Below the pieces are notes generated by a model. It searched no databases, had not been told where the DNA came from, and worked only from the letters and a program-made list of their open reading frames with translations. Both the position numbers and the translations under genes were made by a program. DNA of 48,027 bases from Octopus bimaculoides (taxonomy: Eukaryota), in NCBI RefSeq assembly GCF_001194135.2, contig NC_068989.1:88008160-88056186 (forward strand), given 5' to 3'. This document shows, piece after piece, positions 35,096 to 48,027 of this stretch; position 1 is the stretch's first letter; each line of letters opens with the position of its first letter.

Positions 35096-35419
35096 CAAGT
35101 AGGTGAAAATCTGAGAAGTAGAAACAGTACTATACTGTATATATATATTTTTTTCTATTTTTATAATTTGTACATCTCTTTTACTCTTTTACTTGTTTCA
35201 GTCATTTGACTGTGGCCATGCTGGAGCACCGCCTTTAGTCAAACACATCGACCACAGGACTTATTCTTTGTAAGCCTAGTACTTATTCTATCGGTCTCTT
35301 TTGCCGAACCGCTAAGTTACGGGTACATAAACACACCAGCATTGGTTGTCAAGCGATGTTGGGTAGACAAACACAGACACACAAACATATACACACACTC
35401 GTACATACATATATATGAC

Positions 35420-35567
35420 TGTCTTCTTTCAGTTTGCGTCTACCAAATCCACTCACAAGGCTTTGGTCGGCCCGAGGCTATAGTTGAAAGACACTTGCCC
35501 AAGGTGCCATGCAGTGGGACAGAACCCGGAACTATGTGGCTGGTAAGCAAGCTACTTACCACACAGC
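35420..35567 (-). mobile_element. tRNA-derived SINE (GGCTGTGTGGTAAG family)
   Basis: Homology to 23697. Confidence 0.85.
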
Positions 35568-36499
35568 CAATGCAAAACAACACCATGGAGGAATCGACAT
35601 ATAATAAACCCGAGATAGGTGAATCATGATACAGTAAGGGATGACTACACCTTCACACTCCTTTACTACAAGGGTAGCCCTCCTTTGCATGTCGTAGTTT
35701 TGACGTCGTTGATTTTTGTACTTATGTGTGAGAGGGAAAGAATTTATTCTTCTGCTCAGATCAGAACTTGAATTTCTGTCTTTCATCCTAATCTTTTCAT
35801 CCATTGTCGGCTTTTCTCTTGTTATACTTCCTCAACCTTTTATCTTCAAGTCTTGCACTCTAATGTAACAACCAGTGTCCTTTTACCATCGTCTTCTGAT
35901 ATTTGTTCTACAGTATTTCTCCGATTTTTATCTACCTGCCTTTTTATTTATTTATTTTTTTTTTTTTTCAGTTCATTTGTCCTATTTAGAACTTGTTTTT
36001 TACGCCTTGTAAATATTTATTTTAAAGTTTCCTTTATTTGCTTTATCTCTTTATTCTTTTTATTTTGTGTCACTTTATTTATTTTATTTTTTTTGTCACA
36101 ATGGTCCATCTACATTTTCATGTTTCTAAGCACTTCTTTCACTACACCCACCATTGTTACTTCTAATACTCAAGCTATGACAGAATGTTTATCATGGCCT
36201 GATCCAGTAGTAATAGCAACCAGATCTCCCTCACTTCAGCTGTTACCACCTTTAGAATAGGAAGGACATGTAGAACAATGCACAGTAATCTCTCGACTAT
36301 CATGGGTGTGTTACATTCCAAGACCCTCCGTGATTGGTGAAAATCCGCAAAGTAGAAACAGTACTGTACTGTATATTTTTTTATTATTTTTAGAATTTGT
36401 ATATATATTTATCTTATTACCTTAACATCTGTGCTATGTGGTCCCCCTCTTAAACCCCCAACACAACTAATTGGTCTGTCATTGCCTCGTGAAAAAACA

Positions 36500-36780
36500 T
36501 TCGAGTGAGGTTGTTGCCAGTGCCACTGGGCTGGCTCCTGTGCAGGTGGCACCATTTTGAGGATGGCCATTGCCAGTACAACCTGGCTGGCCCTCATGCC
36601 AATGGCACGTAAAAACACCCACTACACTCTCGGAGCGGTTGGTGTTAGGAAGGGCATCCAGTTGTAGAAACTCTGCCAGATCAGATTGGAGGCTGGTGCA
36701 GCCTTCTGGTTCGCCAGTCCTCAGTCAAATCATCCAACCCATGCTAGCTTGGAAGGCGGACGTTCAACGATGATGATGAT
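36500..36780 (-). mobile_element. SINE (CTACAGCTGGATGCCC family)
   Basis: Homology to the other copies. Confidence 0.85.
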
Positions 36781-36784
36781 TCTC

Positions 36785-37153
36785 AACAAGAACACTCAGA
36801 GAGCACAAACCTCCACCAAGACAATACCAACATCCTCTCAACGGTCAGCCAGAGATGATTTTTAAAATGAGAATATCTGAAATAAACTCAATTGCTCTCA
36901 AATGAGAATACTAAAAATGAACTCAACCGCTCTCAAAAATTATGTAAAAGAAAAAAAAACAGGAAAAATAGTCCAGAATCCTTGTCCAGTACCAGATCAA
37001 TCCCAAAATCTAATCAGTTCATGTCTGTCATGAGGCCAAACATCCCTGAAAGTTTCATCCAAATCCATCCTTCGGTTCTTGAGACATCCTGTCCACAGAC
37101 AAACAAACATGATTGAAAACAATACTTCTGCCTTCGCTAAGGCAGAAGTAATA
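36785..37153 (-). mobile_element. Helentron-type non-autonomous element
   Basis: Reverse-oriented homolog of 15338 and 28860. Confidence 0.65.
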
Positions 37154-37389
37154 ATCATAACCAAAGGCAATCAGGGTTTTGTTTTTTTAATTAAGAAGAA
37201 ATTAAGAGCAGAGAAGACCCAACACTTATGAACTTCTTGCATTTCATTTCATGGTTCACATTAAACTAACTTCAAGGTATTTCTTATCAATTTCCAAGCC
37301 AGTAGACATTCCTTGTGTTGTTGGTCATGGTTGTTGTTGTTGTTGCTGTTGTTGTTGTTCTATTTTTAATTGTTAGATTTTTTGGTTTT

Positions 37390-37421
<32 letters not shown>

Positions 37422-38324
37422 CTTTTTTTTTTTGGTGAGATCACAATGATATTCTGTTTTGTACATAATCAAGACATAGAAGACTCAAAACAAACAGTTT
37501 GGATTTGGTTCTGACTTGCTGCTCTTCTTTTTTCTCCACCTCTGCCTTCTCCCCTTTCCTCTTGCAATGCTTTTGTTGCTGTTGTTGTATTATTGTCTGC
37601 TTCCACAACCTGCAGCTATCTCTGGCTTGGTCATGTGCTGTTTTGGGATTTTATTTTTTTATTTTGTCCTTTTGTGGTGCAGGCATGGCTTATAGGATTC
37701 AGCATAGCTTGCTTCCCAATCACATGGTTTTCGCTTCAGTTCCATTGCGGGACACCTTAGATAAGTGTCTTTGCTGTAGCCCCAGACTGACCAAAGCTTT
37801 ATAAGCTTCACCCCTGCCAGAATAGAAAGTGGATGTAAAATGAATGTGTCTGTGTGTATGTAATTAGTTGATTTCTTTTAGTGAAAGGTGAAGGAGCGTG
37901 ACCTAGAGGTTTGCCCTCATGATCACTGAATCATGGGTTCGATTCCTGACTGGGCAGTGTGTTGTGTTCTTAAGCAAGACACTTCATTTCACATTGCTCC
38001 AGTTCGCTCAGCTCTAAATTGTAACTCTGTGATGGACCAGTCTTCTGATCAGAGGTAACGTTGGCTTGCTTACCTAGCCAGCCAGCCAGCCACCCAAGTG
38101 GCATGATTCAATATATATATATATAAAAACGAAATGTGTTTAAGCTCAGCTGCACGGATGTTTTTCCCTGCAGCTTCTGCTGCTGTTATTAAATGTTGTG
38201 ACCCACTCAGTGCAAGGTTTACGAGGACTTTAATTGCTTACACTATTGTTCACAATAACTACTACTACTACTACAGCTATTGTTTAATTGAATTGAATAT
38301 TTTCTTTTTATTTAATTTTTTCAG

Positions 38325-38438
38325 GTGTGCCAGAACCATTCAAGCCAAAGAATCGTTTTGATGTCATACATTGGCAATACTTCACAGCTACACACCTGTA
38401 TTTTGATAATGATTATTCAAACGAGAAAGTTCTTTCAG
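38325..38438 (+). CDS. CHPF: CHPF-like coding exon
   Basis: TTTTTTCAG|GT...TCAG|GTAAAC. Encodes (G)VPEPFKPKNRFDVIHWQYFTATHLY (CHPF P.P.RP.SRFEVLRWDYFT). Confidence 0.9.
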
Positions 38439-38808
38439 GTAAACTATACAAAAATGTTTTGTGGTGGTGGAGCAACAGGGTTGGTGAAAGACACCTACAC
38501 ACCAACACACACACCCTGTTTTATTCTTTCATGAACATGTTCCATTTTATTTTCTTCTATTATTTCATCTTTTGTTTGTTTGTGTAATTTGTTACTGTAC
38601 CTTGGGTATTCTTTCATTTACTTCCACATACTTTTGCTCTCTCATTACTACACATGTACTGCATCAGAACTACTGTACCTAACTTTCTCACCCCAGCACT
38701 TTTAAATTATCAGTCTTTACACATTATATACTTACATCTAACACTAACCAAACTAGAAAATTACTATTTTTAAATCTCACAACATGAGATATTCAGTAAC
38801 AGTACTTT

Positions 38809-39113
38809 GTTTAGGACAAATGTTGCTGTAATTTAGCCCCAGGAGGCATCGTCTCCAGCTGGTTATACGACAGGATGTGTCCTTATATTTTTGAACAAGG
38901 GAATCTAGCACCCCCACTCAGCTCAGAACAATATCTGTGTAATTATTCTGTGCTGATGAAGAGAAATAACCCAGAAATCGCAAGACAGATATTGTTTTGA
39001 GCTGAGTGGGGATGCTAGATTCTCTTGTTTGAAAATGTAAGGACACAGATCATGTATAGCCAACTGGAGACGATGTCTCCTGGGGCTAAATTACAGCAAC
39101 ATTCGTCCTAAAC
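38809..39113. mobile_element. Intronic foldback element, about 128-bp arms with a 48-nt spacer
   Basis: 38809-38937 is the reverse complement of 38986-39113, with scattered, mostly transition, mismatches. Confidence 0.85.
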
Positions 39114-39449
39114 CAGGACTGCTATGTTACGTTGGCAAACAATCTTTACTACACTAACCAAACTGTTCTCCAAATCCCTTTTCTTCAAAACAATCTCTTC
39201 TGGAATTCTATCCCTGTCAATACCTTGACAGCTAGTACAATCATACCCAGATCATCACTTTGGTAGTTAGTACAATCCTACCCACATCATCACTTTGGCA
39301 GCAGTGCCCCAAATATCATAGTCACTTCCCCCTCTTCCTTCACTACTTGTCTAATAAATAAAACATGTCTGACCTTTCTTTTTTTTGTCTGTCTTTTTCT
39401 TACCATTTTGATGCTGTTGCCTTCATTTCTGTACTTTTTCTTCTTGCAG

Positions 39450-40585
39450 GAGTCAATAAACTCGATGTTGATGAAGTCATCAAATTAGCCCAAGATAAAC
39501 TGGCCAAGAAGTACAAGAAACGCTACACATTCTCACGCTTGGTCAATGGCTACCGTCGATTCGATCCATATCGGGGAATGGAGTACATTGTTGATTTTGC
39601 ACTGGTTGACAACGTTGAAAAGAAAACCATTGAAAAACGTCTTCACATGGTGCGTCCACTGGGCCACGTGGAAATCATCCCCATGCCCTACGTAACAGAG
39701 AACACACAGGTGAATCTTATCTTGCCAGTGTCAGACGAGGACAAAAATGAGTTGGGTAGCTTTCTGGACTCATACGCACAGAACTGCCTGGATGCTGGTG
39801 ACAACACCAACCTGCTAATTGTATTCATTTACAAGAACAACTCACACTTGTTGGATGAAGATAAGTTCTACGTACTTAAATCAATGATCACATACTATAA
39901 CAACAAATACCATAAAGAGAAAATCAGATGGGTGAACTACGAAACCGCCAGCGTGTATGTCCCTGACTTAATGTTAATGGATTCCGTCTCACAACATTTC
40001 CTACCAGAGTCCCTACTACTTTTGTCAACGGTTGGCATGGACCTAGCAACAGAGTTTTTCAACCGTGTTCGTATGAACAGCATCCTAAATTGGCAAGTGT
40101 TCTTCCCAATTGGTTTCTGGCAATACAAACCAAACTTGATTTACGACAAGCGGCCGTATCCTACGTCAATTGACCTCAAGAGAAATGTTGGTCACTTTGA
40201 TGTGTATTCCTATGAACACAGCAGCTTCTACAACAAGGATTACCAGGATGCTCGCAAAAACATTCCTGCAAAAGAAGTAAATAGCCACGATCTATTCAGA
40301 ATGTTCCTCAAACACAAAAAAGTCCATGTGTTGCGTGCAATCGAACCAACACTGAAGCACCGCTACAAAACAATCAACTGCATACAGTCATCGCCAAGAT
40401 ACATCTATGAGCGATGCAGGATTCGTCGGCTGGAGGCATTGGCAAACCGGTCTCAACTGGCTCGACTTATATTTGAATACGAAGAAAAAATGGAAAAATT
40501 AAAGATGAAGAAAAAGGTGATTTTTAAGGCTGATGAGTCACCAGCAGCCAACAGCAAGAACAAGAAGAAAACACAGAAATCTTAG
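39450..40585 (+). CDS. CHPF: CHPF-like terminal coding exon (C-terminal GalNAc-transferase-like domain)
   Basis: Acceptor CTTTTTCTTCTTGCAG. Motifs LVNGYRRFDP.RGMEY, RPLGHVEIIPMPYVTE, FNRVRMNSI.NWQVFFP, FYNKDY, HVLRAIEP and QLARLIFE are CHPF/CHPF2 family signatures. No DXD sits at the position where CHSY1 has one. Confidence 0.95.
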
Positions 40586-43500
40586 ACCAAAATAAACAAG
40601 ACTGAGGAACAGGCCCGAGAACAACCTCGTTAATTTAAGGCCTTTACTCTCATACACATACAGATTTGAACATTGTTACATACATACAGCCACCCATATA
40701 CACATGCATCTAAGTTGACATTCACATACAATAACAAAAGCAAACACACACACATTTAACATTTGTGTATATTTTTATGTCTACGCACACACACACCACA
40801 TATACACACACTACATACATACACATATATATGTTTATGTCTGGTTAAGATATAAGACATCTATGAGCACAATCTAAAACAGAAGAAAAAAGGGATCATT
40901 GTGTTTTCTTTTATCAGTTTGTGTAAGTGCTTTTAAATGTCTTTATATATATATGTATATATATGTATATATATATATATATATGGCATGTATATGTTTG
41001 CACACAAACCCTCAATCTCACTCAAACAATATTTATTCTTCACAAAAACTCAGCAAGATCTTGACACAAAGAATTGTGAAGTTCCAATTGATCACTGGTG
41101 CCAATCAAAGGTAATTCGCTGTCTGTTGTATTTTTAGCATTATTTGCAGACAGCTTGCATGCCATTGTCTCATGTCAGATACTGTTGCACACACATAGAT
41201 CTTGCATTGCATTTGGTGAATTTCAGCTATTGGTGTGTGTGTGTGTGTGTGCGACTACCCCCTTCTTCTGGTGCTGGAGCAAAACCAACAAAAAAAAAAA
41301 GATATTTCCCATATGGCTCTTGGGAAATTGCCAAAAGAAGACATGCCTAAATCATGACTTCCTCTTTGTTATATGTTTGTTTGAGTTTCCTGCAGATGTC
41401 TCTGAGGCATCTGCTGTCAAATGTAACTTCAATGGAGTGTTGCTATAACCGAATTCAATGTAGAGGTGCATGATTGGAACGGAAGAGACACTAAAGAGAC
41501 TTTGAGATGTCGGATGATATTGCTTGCAACACAAGTGTGACCAAAAGCTCGTTTCTAAATTATAGCACCAAAATGAATAGAATTTCCTATTACCACAAAC
41601 CTTGTCTGTCTTTAAAGAAAAAAAAAAGTAAAGATACACAAAAGATAATTGTAGTCCTTGATACAGCACTATACCAATTTTTTTTTTTAAAAAGGCAAAA
41701 CAAGCACAGAATTACTACCACACAATCATCTTAGTTCTGTTCAACCAGACTGGCTTAAAAAACGTGTCCATTTTAAATGTCTATTTAAGCCAAGTTATTG
41801 TAAATAATTTCAATTTTTGTGGGCTATGAGATGGAAAATGGTTTAATCTTGGCGTTTGCACATTTTGGTTTGTCTGCTCTCTGATCTTGATTTGGGTTTT
41901 TTTATTTCTGGATGGTTTTTTGGAACATTATCTCTAAACAATGGAGGCCAAAATATATATATATAATAATCATTTTCTAATATCACACAACAGGTTATGG
42001 TTTTGGTCTTCTGAACTGGGCAACGCTGTGTGTTTTTGAGCAAAACACTTCGTTTTATGTTGCTCCAGTCCACTCAGCTGGCAAAACTCCTGCGATGAAC
42101 TGGTATCCTGTCCAAAGAGGAAATATATATGCCATGGAAAATGAGAAACCAGTCTTGTGAGAGTGTATGACTTGGGAAGGCACTTTATCCTTTTTTATAT
42201 CCTTTCTATCTCCTGCATTACAGAAGCATTGCATGCATCAAAAACCTAGCTGTAACATGAAGTCTCATAACATGTAGTATTTTCCCATCAGATTATTATA
42301 TTACACTGAATTTGAGTAGCTTGGTAAGCAATGGGAAAATAGTTCTTATGCTATGGGTCTTCACCTTACAACAATATTTTTAGATATGAAACCCTTCTGC
42401 AATGTGGTGTGTGTTGCCTCTTCAGTGTCTGAAGTCGTCTTGTTTTCTTAGGGATGGTTTTTAATGATCTTTTTGTAATGTTTATGTTGTTCAAATAGTT
42501 TGGGATTGCTTCAGCTTTTTGGATCAGATGATTGCATCTCATCTTCATCACCATCATCATCATCACCATCAAGTACTTGTCCTGATGTTAGTAAAGTTAT
42601 ACAGTTCAATTTCATTGTTGACCAGTTTTGAAGTTTAGTCCATTGCTATGACTGTCTTCTTTAACCTTCCCTTTTTGTCAACCTTAAGGTCATGATTTTG
42701 TTCGCTGTTTGCCAAAAAACATAAATTGTAGCGACAAGGAGCCTCTACCTGCTAGAAATAGCTCCGAAATTCTCTTCAAAACTACACATTGTAATCTCAA
42801 GAAAACGACTCGTAATATGTCCTAAAAACAAAGCAATCATGGCTAGTATGCTTTCATTAGAGGCCTTCTGCTGGATCAGATGTGACCTGGGGGTAAACAG
42901 CAACTGAAGCTATCAAGGGAGTGTCTCAGCCAGCAGTTCTGAACTGCAGCTCCCAGGGCCGCATGCAGCCCACGAGCATCTTTCAGGTGGCCCTCAACAG
43001 TCTCCCCTCTACAAATATAATAAATTTCCCTTTAATTGATTTATGTTACTTTTTTTATTTTTTTGGTGCAGCCCCCTAAAAAAAATCCAGGTTTGGATCT
43101 GGCCTGGATATTAAAAAAGGGTGAGAAGAGAACCATCGGTCTAGATAGTCATTTGAGCTGCTAGAAATAGCAACTTAATCTCCCTCAGATCATGCGACCT
43201 ACTATCTTAAACACACACACACAAAATGTTTGTAAAAAAAAAAACAATGGTGTCGGCTATAAATGTATGTGATCATTATAAGTATGTCTGCCCATGGCTA
43301 AACAGCGACCACATAAGCTGTAGATGTTATACTACAGTAACTTTTTAAGTATATTCCAGAACCCTTCATATGTAGACATAACTCTTTTCTTAATGTTAGG
43401 GATGTGACAGAATTGGTCAAGCATCAGCCCAAATACCTTGCAGTATTAGTTGTTCTTGTTTACATTGTTTTCCAATTCTTCCCATGTTACCTGTTTCTTT

Positions 43501-44569
43501 CGACTTTCCTTGGGTGGGGTTGATTCAGAACACCTTTCAGAATAAAGGGAAGCCATTTTGTGTTGTTAAACAAAATAGCTATCAGTTTATGGAACAACAT
43601 CTGTGCACTAAAACACAAACATTGTTTACATACAGATAGCTTTGTGTATATAAAACATCTGTGTAATAAAACATTTTCAGTTCTTCTTCTTCTTCTTCTT
43701 CTTCTTTAGTGGTGCAGTGATAATTCTGAGCTTTTCACTCTTTGGGACATGTCCCTTTCAAATTTTTCGATGCAAAGTTTACAGTTCTTTGCAGGATTCC
43801 TTTTCTTTCATAGCTCACTGAAAACTGACAAGTATTTCACTCACAGAAAAAAAGAAAGGTTAGATTTAATATGATGTATTATGTGAGTTTCTGTATGATT
43901 CACAGATCATACCTGAACATCAAAGATGGTCTTAAGAAGGCTTGCAATACCTCTCACCTGTATTAAAAAATTTGTTTCTTAATACTCATATCTTTCCTTT
44001 TTTCCCTAAAAGCTCGCATTAAGTTTCTATTTGATATTCTTTGCTCTGAAGATCATTTCTGTATATATTCTTAACTTTAATTTTACTTCTCCTTGTTTCG
44101 TGATATAGCTATAATAGTTTAATTTAGTTCCACATCACTTAAAGCTTCATGGATGTATGACACAAAGTGTCTCTGAACATGTGACTAATGTGGCTCTGTT
44201 ATTAAATACATGTAACCCTAACCAAACGTATTGAATGCTACTTTCCTTTGTCTGTTCAGACACACACATACACACACACACGTATGTATATATATTCTAA
44301 ACTGTTTTTTCTGTCTCATGCTTGACACTCAAAGAAACTATTCTGTCCTCTCTACCATAGTCTACTAACCTGGTGCTATTTCATTTTCCTGGACAAATGA
44401 TTGTCCAGCCAGAAACACTTCATTTTCATTTAACATTCACATCTACAGATGTTATTACTGGAGAAGAATACATACTTTTTTTTCACTTATTTTGTTTTTT
44501 TATTCTCTATATTCTCAACAACATTTAATATCAAATGTTGTATAGCTTTCTTCTGTTTTTAACATATAT

Positions 44570-44785
44570 TTAACCCCTTCAATACCGCCCCTGGCTCTGT
44601 AGTATAAATGTCTTGTTTTCATAAGTTTTGAATTAAAATCTTCCACCAAACCTTAGTCACAATTTATGTTCCTAACACTAGCTTAATGATAACTAAGTTA
44701 TTTTTACTAAATTCTTTGTTATATTTAATATTAATTGAAAGAAACACAGCGCATCTCAAAATAAATACAGTAACAAAAGGCTTAA
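44570..44785. mobile_element. TTAA/piggyBac-type MITE (30071 family)
   Basis: TTAA-CCCCTT...AAAGGC-TTAA; similar interior to 30071-30303. Confidence 0.55.
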
Positions 44786-45280
44786 ATTTCAACTGCTGAG
44801 GCAGTGATGGTTATATATTACACAACCTTATAAAAATTCTGTTGTGGAAACACTTGTCACTAGTGTTTCAGATCTTTTACCGTGATATATTTACTTTTAA
44901 GGTTTTTTTCAAATGCCAACAGTTTAACTAATGACAGGTTTTTTTTCATAATTCACATTTCATTCATTCCGAGTTTCTAAGTGAATACACTTTTTTCATT
45001 GAAATTGAACTCTGTGCATGCATGTGTGTGTGTGTGTTGTTGTTGTTTCAGTCATTAGATTGCAGCTTTGCTGTGGTGAAAAGTTTTAATTGAATGAATT
45101 GACCCCCAGTTCTTTATTTTTTTTTTTTTTTTTAAAGCCTTGCTACTTATTTTGTTAGCCTTTCTTGCCAAACCACTAAGTTATGGGACGTAAACTAACC
45201 AACATCATTTGTCAAGAGGTTGGGGGGGGGGGACAAGTGCAAAGACAGTCACACCCCAACACGCATATATATATACACAC

Positions 45281-45470
45281 ATTTATATAAGGGCATTACT
45301 ATACATCAATGCCTCACGCTAAGAGGGACTCTAAGGTCAAACTACCATAATAAACACATTTTTACCGAACGTGAGGAAATGCAACTCTCAAAGCTAGCCC
45401 CCTAGCTAGTTTGACCTTAGAGTCCCTCTTAGCGTGAGGCATTCATGTATAGCAATGCCCTTATATAAAT
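45281..45470. mobile_element. MITE with 64-bp TIRs
   Basis: 45281-45344 is the reverse complement of 45407-45470 with two mismatches. Confidence 0.8.
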
Positions 45471-45568
45471 GAATACATTTTAGGGAATAAATGATGGATT
45501 TTTCCCTTATGAGGTTTTTTCACATTAGCTACTTGATAAATTCTTATAAAGACTTTACCCTATGCTTG

Positions 45569-45619
<51 letters not shown>

Positions 45620-47059
45620 TGACAGGTTACCAAATCCACTCACCGAAGGTGCCACTCAGTGGGAGTGAACCTGCACTCATGTGATTTGAGAAGCAAACTT
45701 CTTACCATGCAGTCATATATATAAAATTATAACCAAGGAAGTCCTTCATTTCATTGATGGTAAATCAATAAAATAAAGGATTTATTCACTCTATTCTTCT
45801 TGTATAAATGTAGAAACTCTAGATATTTGTATAGTTTTGAGTATGTGTTTGGATAAAACAATCTCTGGATTACTGTCTGATAGCCTGAACCCATGGGTGA
45901 GCTTAATATGGTAAACTCCAGAGTTAACATCCAAATGAAATTGCTAAGTGTGTCTATATGTACCTGTTTCAACATCATTTCCTGGTGGAACTATAACATG
46001 AAATTTCCGTTTGCTATTCTTTTCCAACCTCCATTTCCTTGTTTGACATGTTAAAAAAAATTTGGGGTGGGGGGTTCCCCCTTCGTTTCACTGTTTGATA
46101 TTTCAGTATGTGAAAACTAACTTCAGAGGGTGAAATATTTGAACCGAACAATTTTTTTTTTTTAACTGAAATTGCTATTCAAACGTGAATCAAAATTGAA
46201 TATTAACACACCATAAACTGTATTTACTCCTGTATAAATCACATTGTTTTGTACTTGATTTAAACTGGAAAACCGGGTATGACCTGTGCACAAGTAAATG
46301 TGGTATGCATGCACGTGTGTGGATAGATGTTTAAAACCAATTCTGGTAACTTTAGTTGAATCATTAATACAGTTCAGACTTTTACATTATTGTAATTTTT
46401 TTTTTGATTGATTTCTGAAATTTACTGAATTTCATTAATTTCAAATTCAAAAAAATAAAACGCAATGAAAATATATAAATATTTTTTTTTTCTTCCCCTA
46501 AACATTTTTGATGTTTTCCTCTACCAAAAAAAAGAAGAAGCACCCATAAAGGGTTTTTTTTTTTTTTTTTTGTGGTTTCATCTAGGATTCCGTTCTTATT
46601 GGTTGTTTGATAAATTTGAGTTCAATTTCAGAGGATTTTTCTTTTATATTGTTTTGCTATACAAACAGTTTTCCGTGGAAAGATGGCTTTCTTTGAGGTT
46701 TTATATTACTTTTTGTTAGAATCTAGTTTGATCCATTGGTGACTGGATCAAACCCGTTATTTGTCTACTCATTTAGAATTAGCAGCAGTGTGATCCATTT
46801 TATTTAAAGTATTTTTTTTTTCTCTTCTCTCTCCTCCCATTTCATTGACCCCATGTTCATTATAGTCCTTCTCTCTGACAAAAATGAGATTGTAACTTTA
46901 ATTTTTTTTTTTTTCAATAAACAGAAATTAAATATCATTCCCTATCGTTATTTTTTTGTTATTAATGTTGCCTTTCAGAGTCGATACTATCAACTAGCCC
47001 CTCCCATCATAATTCTACTATGCCTCTAGTAGAATTATTATTACAATAGAGGCAAAGGT

Positions 47060-47260
47060 AGCAAGCTGGCCAAGTCATTAGCAGGGTGGACAAAATGCAT
47101 GGCAGTATTTTACCCATCATTACATCCTGAGTTCAAATTCCGCCGAGGTTGGCTTTGCCTTTCAGGGTCAATGAAACAAGCACCAGTTAAATAATGAGGT
47201 TGCTGTTTTCGACTTAGCCCCTCCCCTCAAAATTTCAGGCCTTGTGCTTATAATAGAAAT
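47060..47260 (+). mobile_element. tRNA-derived SINE (MetaSINE-like core)
   Basis: GAGTTCAAATTCCGCCGAGG..CTTTGCCTTTC; further copies at about 47420-47560. Confidence 0.65.
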
Positions 47261-47689
47261 GATTATTATAGTTGAGGTGGTGGGTTGGCAGAATGGTTAG
47301 CATTTTTGTCCAGCTGTGCATTCCGAAGTTAAAATAAGTAACAGCTGAGCAGTGGGGCTGATGCAGTCAACTGGCACCCTCCCATCAAAATTTCAGGCCT
47401 TGTGCCTCTAGAATTATTAAAGTAAAGGCAGTGAGCTGGCTGAACTGTTAGCACACATAACAAAACGCTTTGTGACTTTCCATCCAGAGTTCAGATGCTG
47501 CTGGGGTCAACTTTGCCTCTCAACCTTTTGGGGGTCGATACAATAAATAGCAGTTGGTCATTGGGGATAAGGTCTCAAAAAGTAGAAACAGCAATCTGAT
47601 CTCCTTCAAATTATATTCTCTTATTTCTTTACTGCCTTCAAGGGGCTACACACACAGGGGACAAACAAATAGATTAAGTCAATTATATC

Positions 47690-47815
47690 GACTCCAGTGC
47701 GTAACTGGTACTTATTTAATCGACCCCCGAAAGGATGAAAGGCAAAGTCAACCTCGGTGGAATTTGAACTCAGAACGTAGTGGCTGATGGAATACTGCTA
47801 AGCATTTAGCCCAGC
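47690..47815 (-). mobile_element. tRNA-derived SINE (MetaSINE-like core)
   Basis: CTGGTACTTATTTAATCGACCCCCGAAAGGATGAAAGGCAAAGTC. Confidence 0.75.
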
Positions 47816-48027
47816 ATGCCGGCTCACTGCCTTAATTACATTCGCTTGTCTCCAAAAACAAAAAAAAAACATCAATTGTCAGTACAAACCTGCAGGAAAT
47901 AGCTGAAACACTAAACATTTTTTAAAAATAGCATATAGATTGGATTGTGTAATCCACTGGTCAAATTGAAAATAAATAAAAGGCTATTTTCACAGCTGTA
48001 ACAACATCAACCATGGGTTTACACATT

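Noticed and set aside
39365-39449. ORF-track start MSDLSFFCLSF... for the 406-aa ORF
   Set aside because: Intronic polypyrimidine tract; homology and phase place the exon start at 39450.
40591-40596. AATAAA as the CHPF polyadenylation signal
   Set aside because: It lies only 5 nt after the stop in A-rich sequence; the 3' end cannot be fixed without transcript data.

Overview
AT-rich, gapped eukaryotic DNA crowded with microsatellites and short interspersed repeats. The repeat content looks like an octopus (coleoid cephalopod) genome, which is my inference. One host gene is well supported: the last four coding exons (+ strand; 31553-31686, 32440-32558, 38325-38438, 39450-40585; 500 codons plus stop, in frame through GT-AG junctions) of a chondroitin polymerizing factor (CHPF/CHPF2, mig-22-like) homolog. 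I could not find its 5' exons. The rest is transposon debris: several SINE families, three Tc1/mariner fossils, a Helitron helicase fossil, Helentron-type non-autonomous elements, TTAA/piggyBac-type MITEs, two nested R4/Dong-like LINEs, Tx1 and RTE LINE fragments (one with two C2H2 fingers) and foldback elements. The most interesting non-coding signal is a set of minimal hammerhead-ribozyme folds in Penelope-like repeat ends. The most complete one (12268-12313, minus strand) has a non-canonical CCGACGA core. No prokaryotic-type system or CRISPR array is present. Repeat boundaries are approximate, and family assignments come from motif recognition by eye, not database searches.
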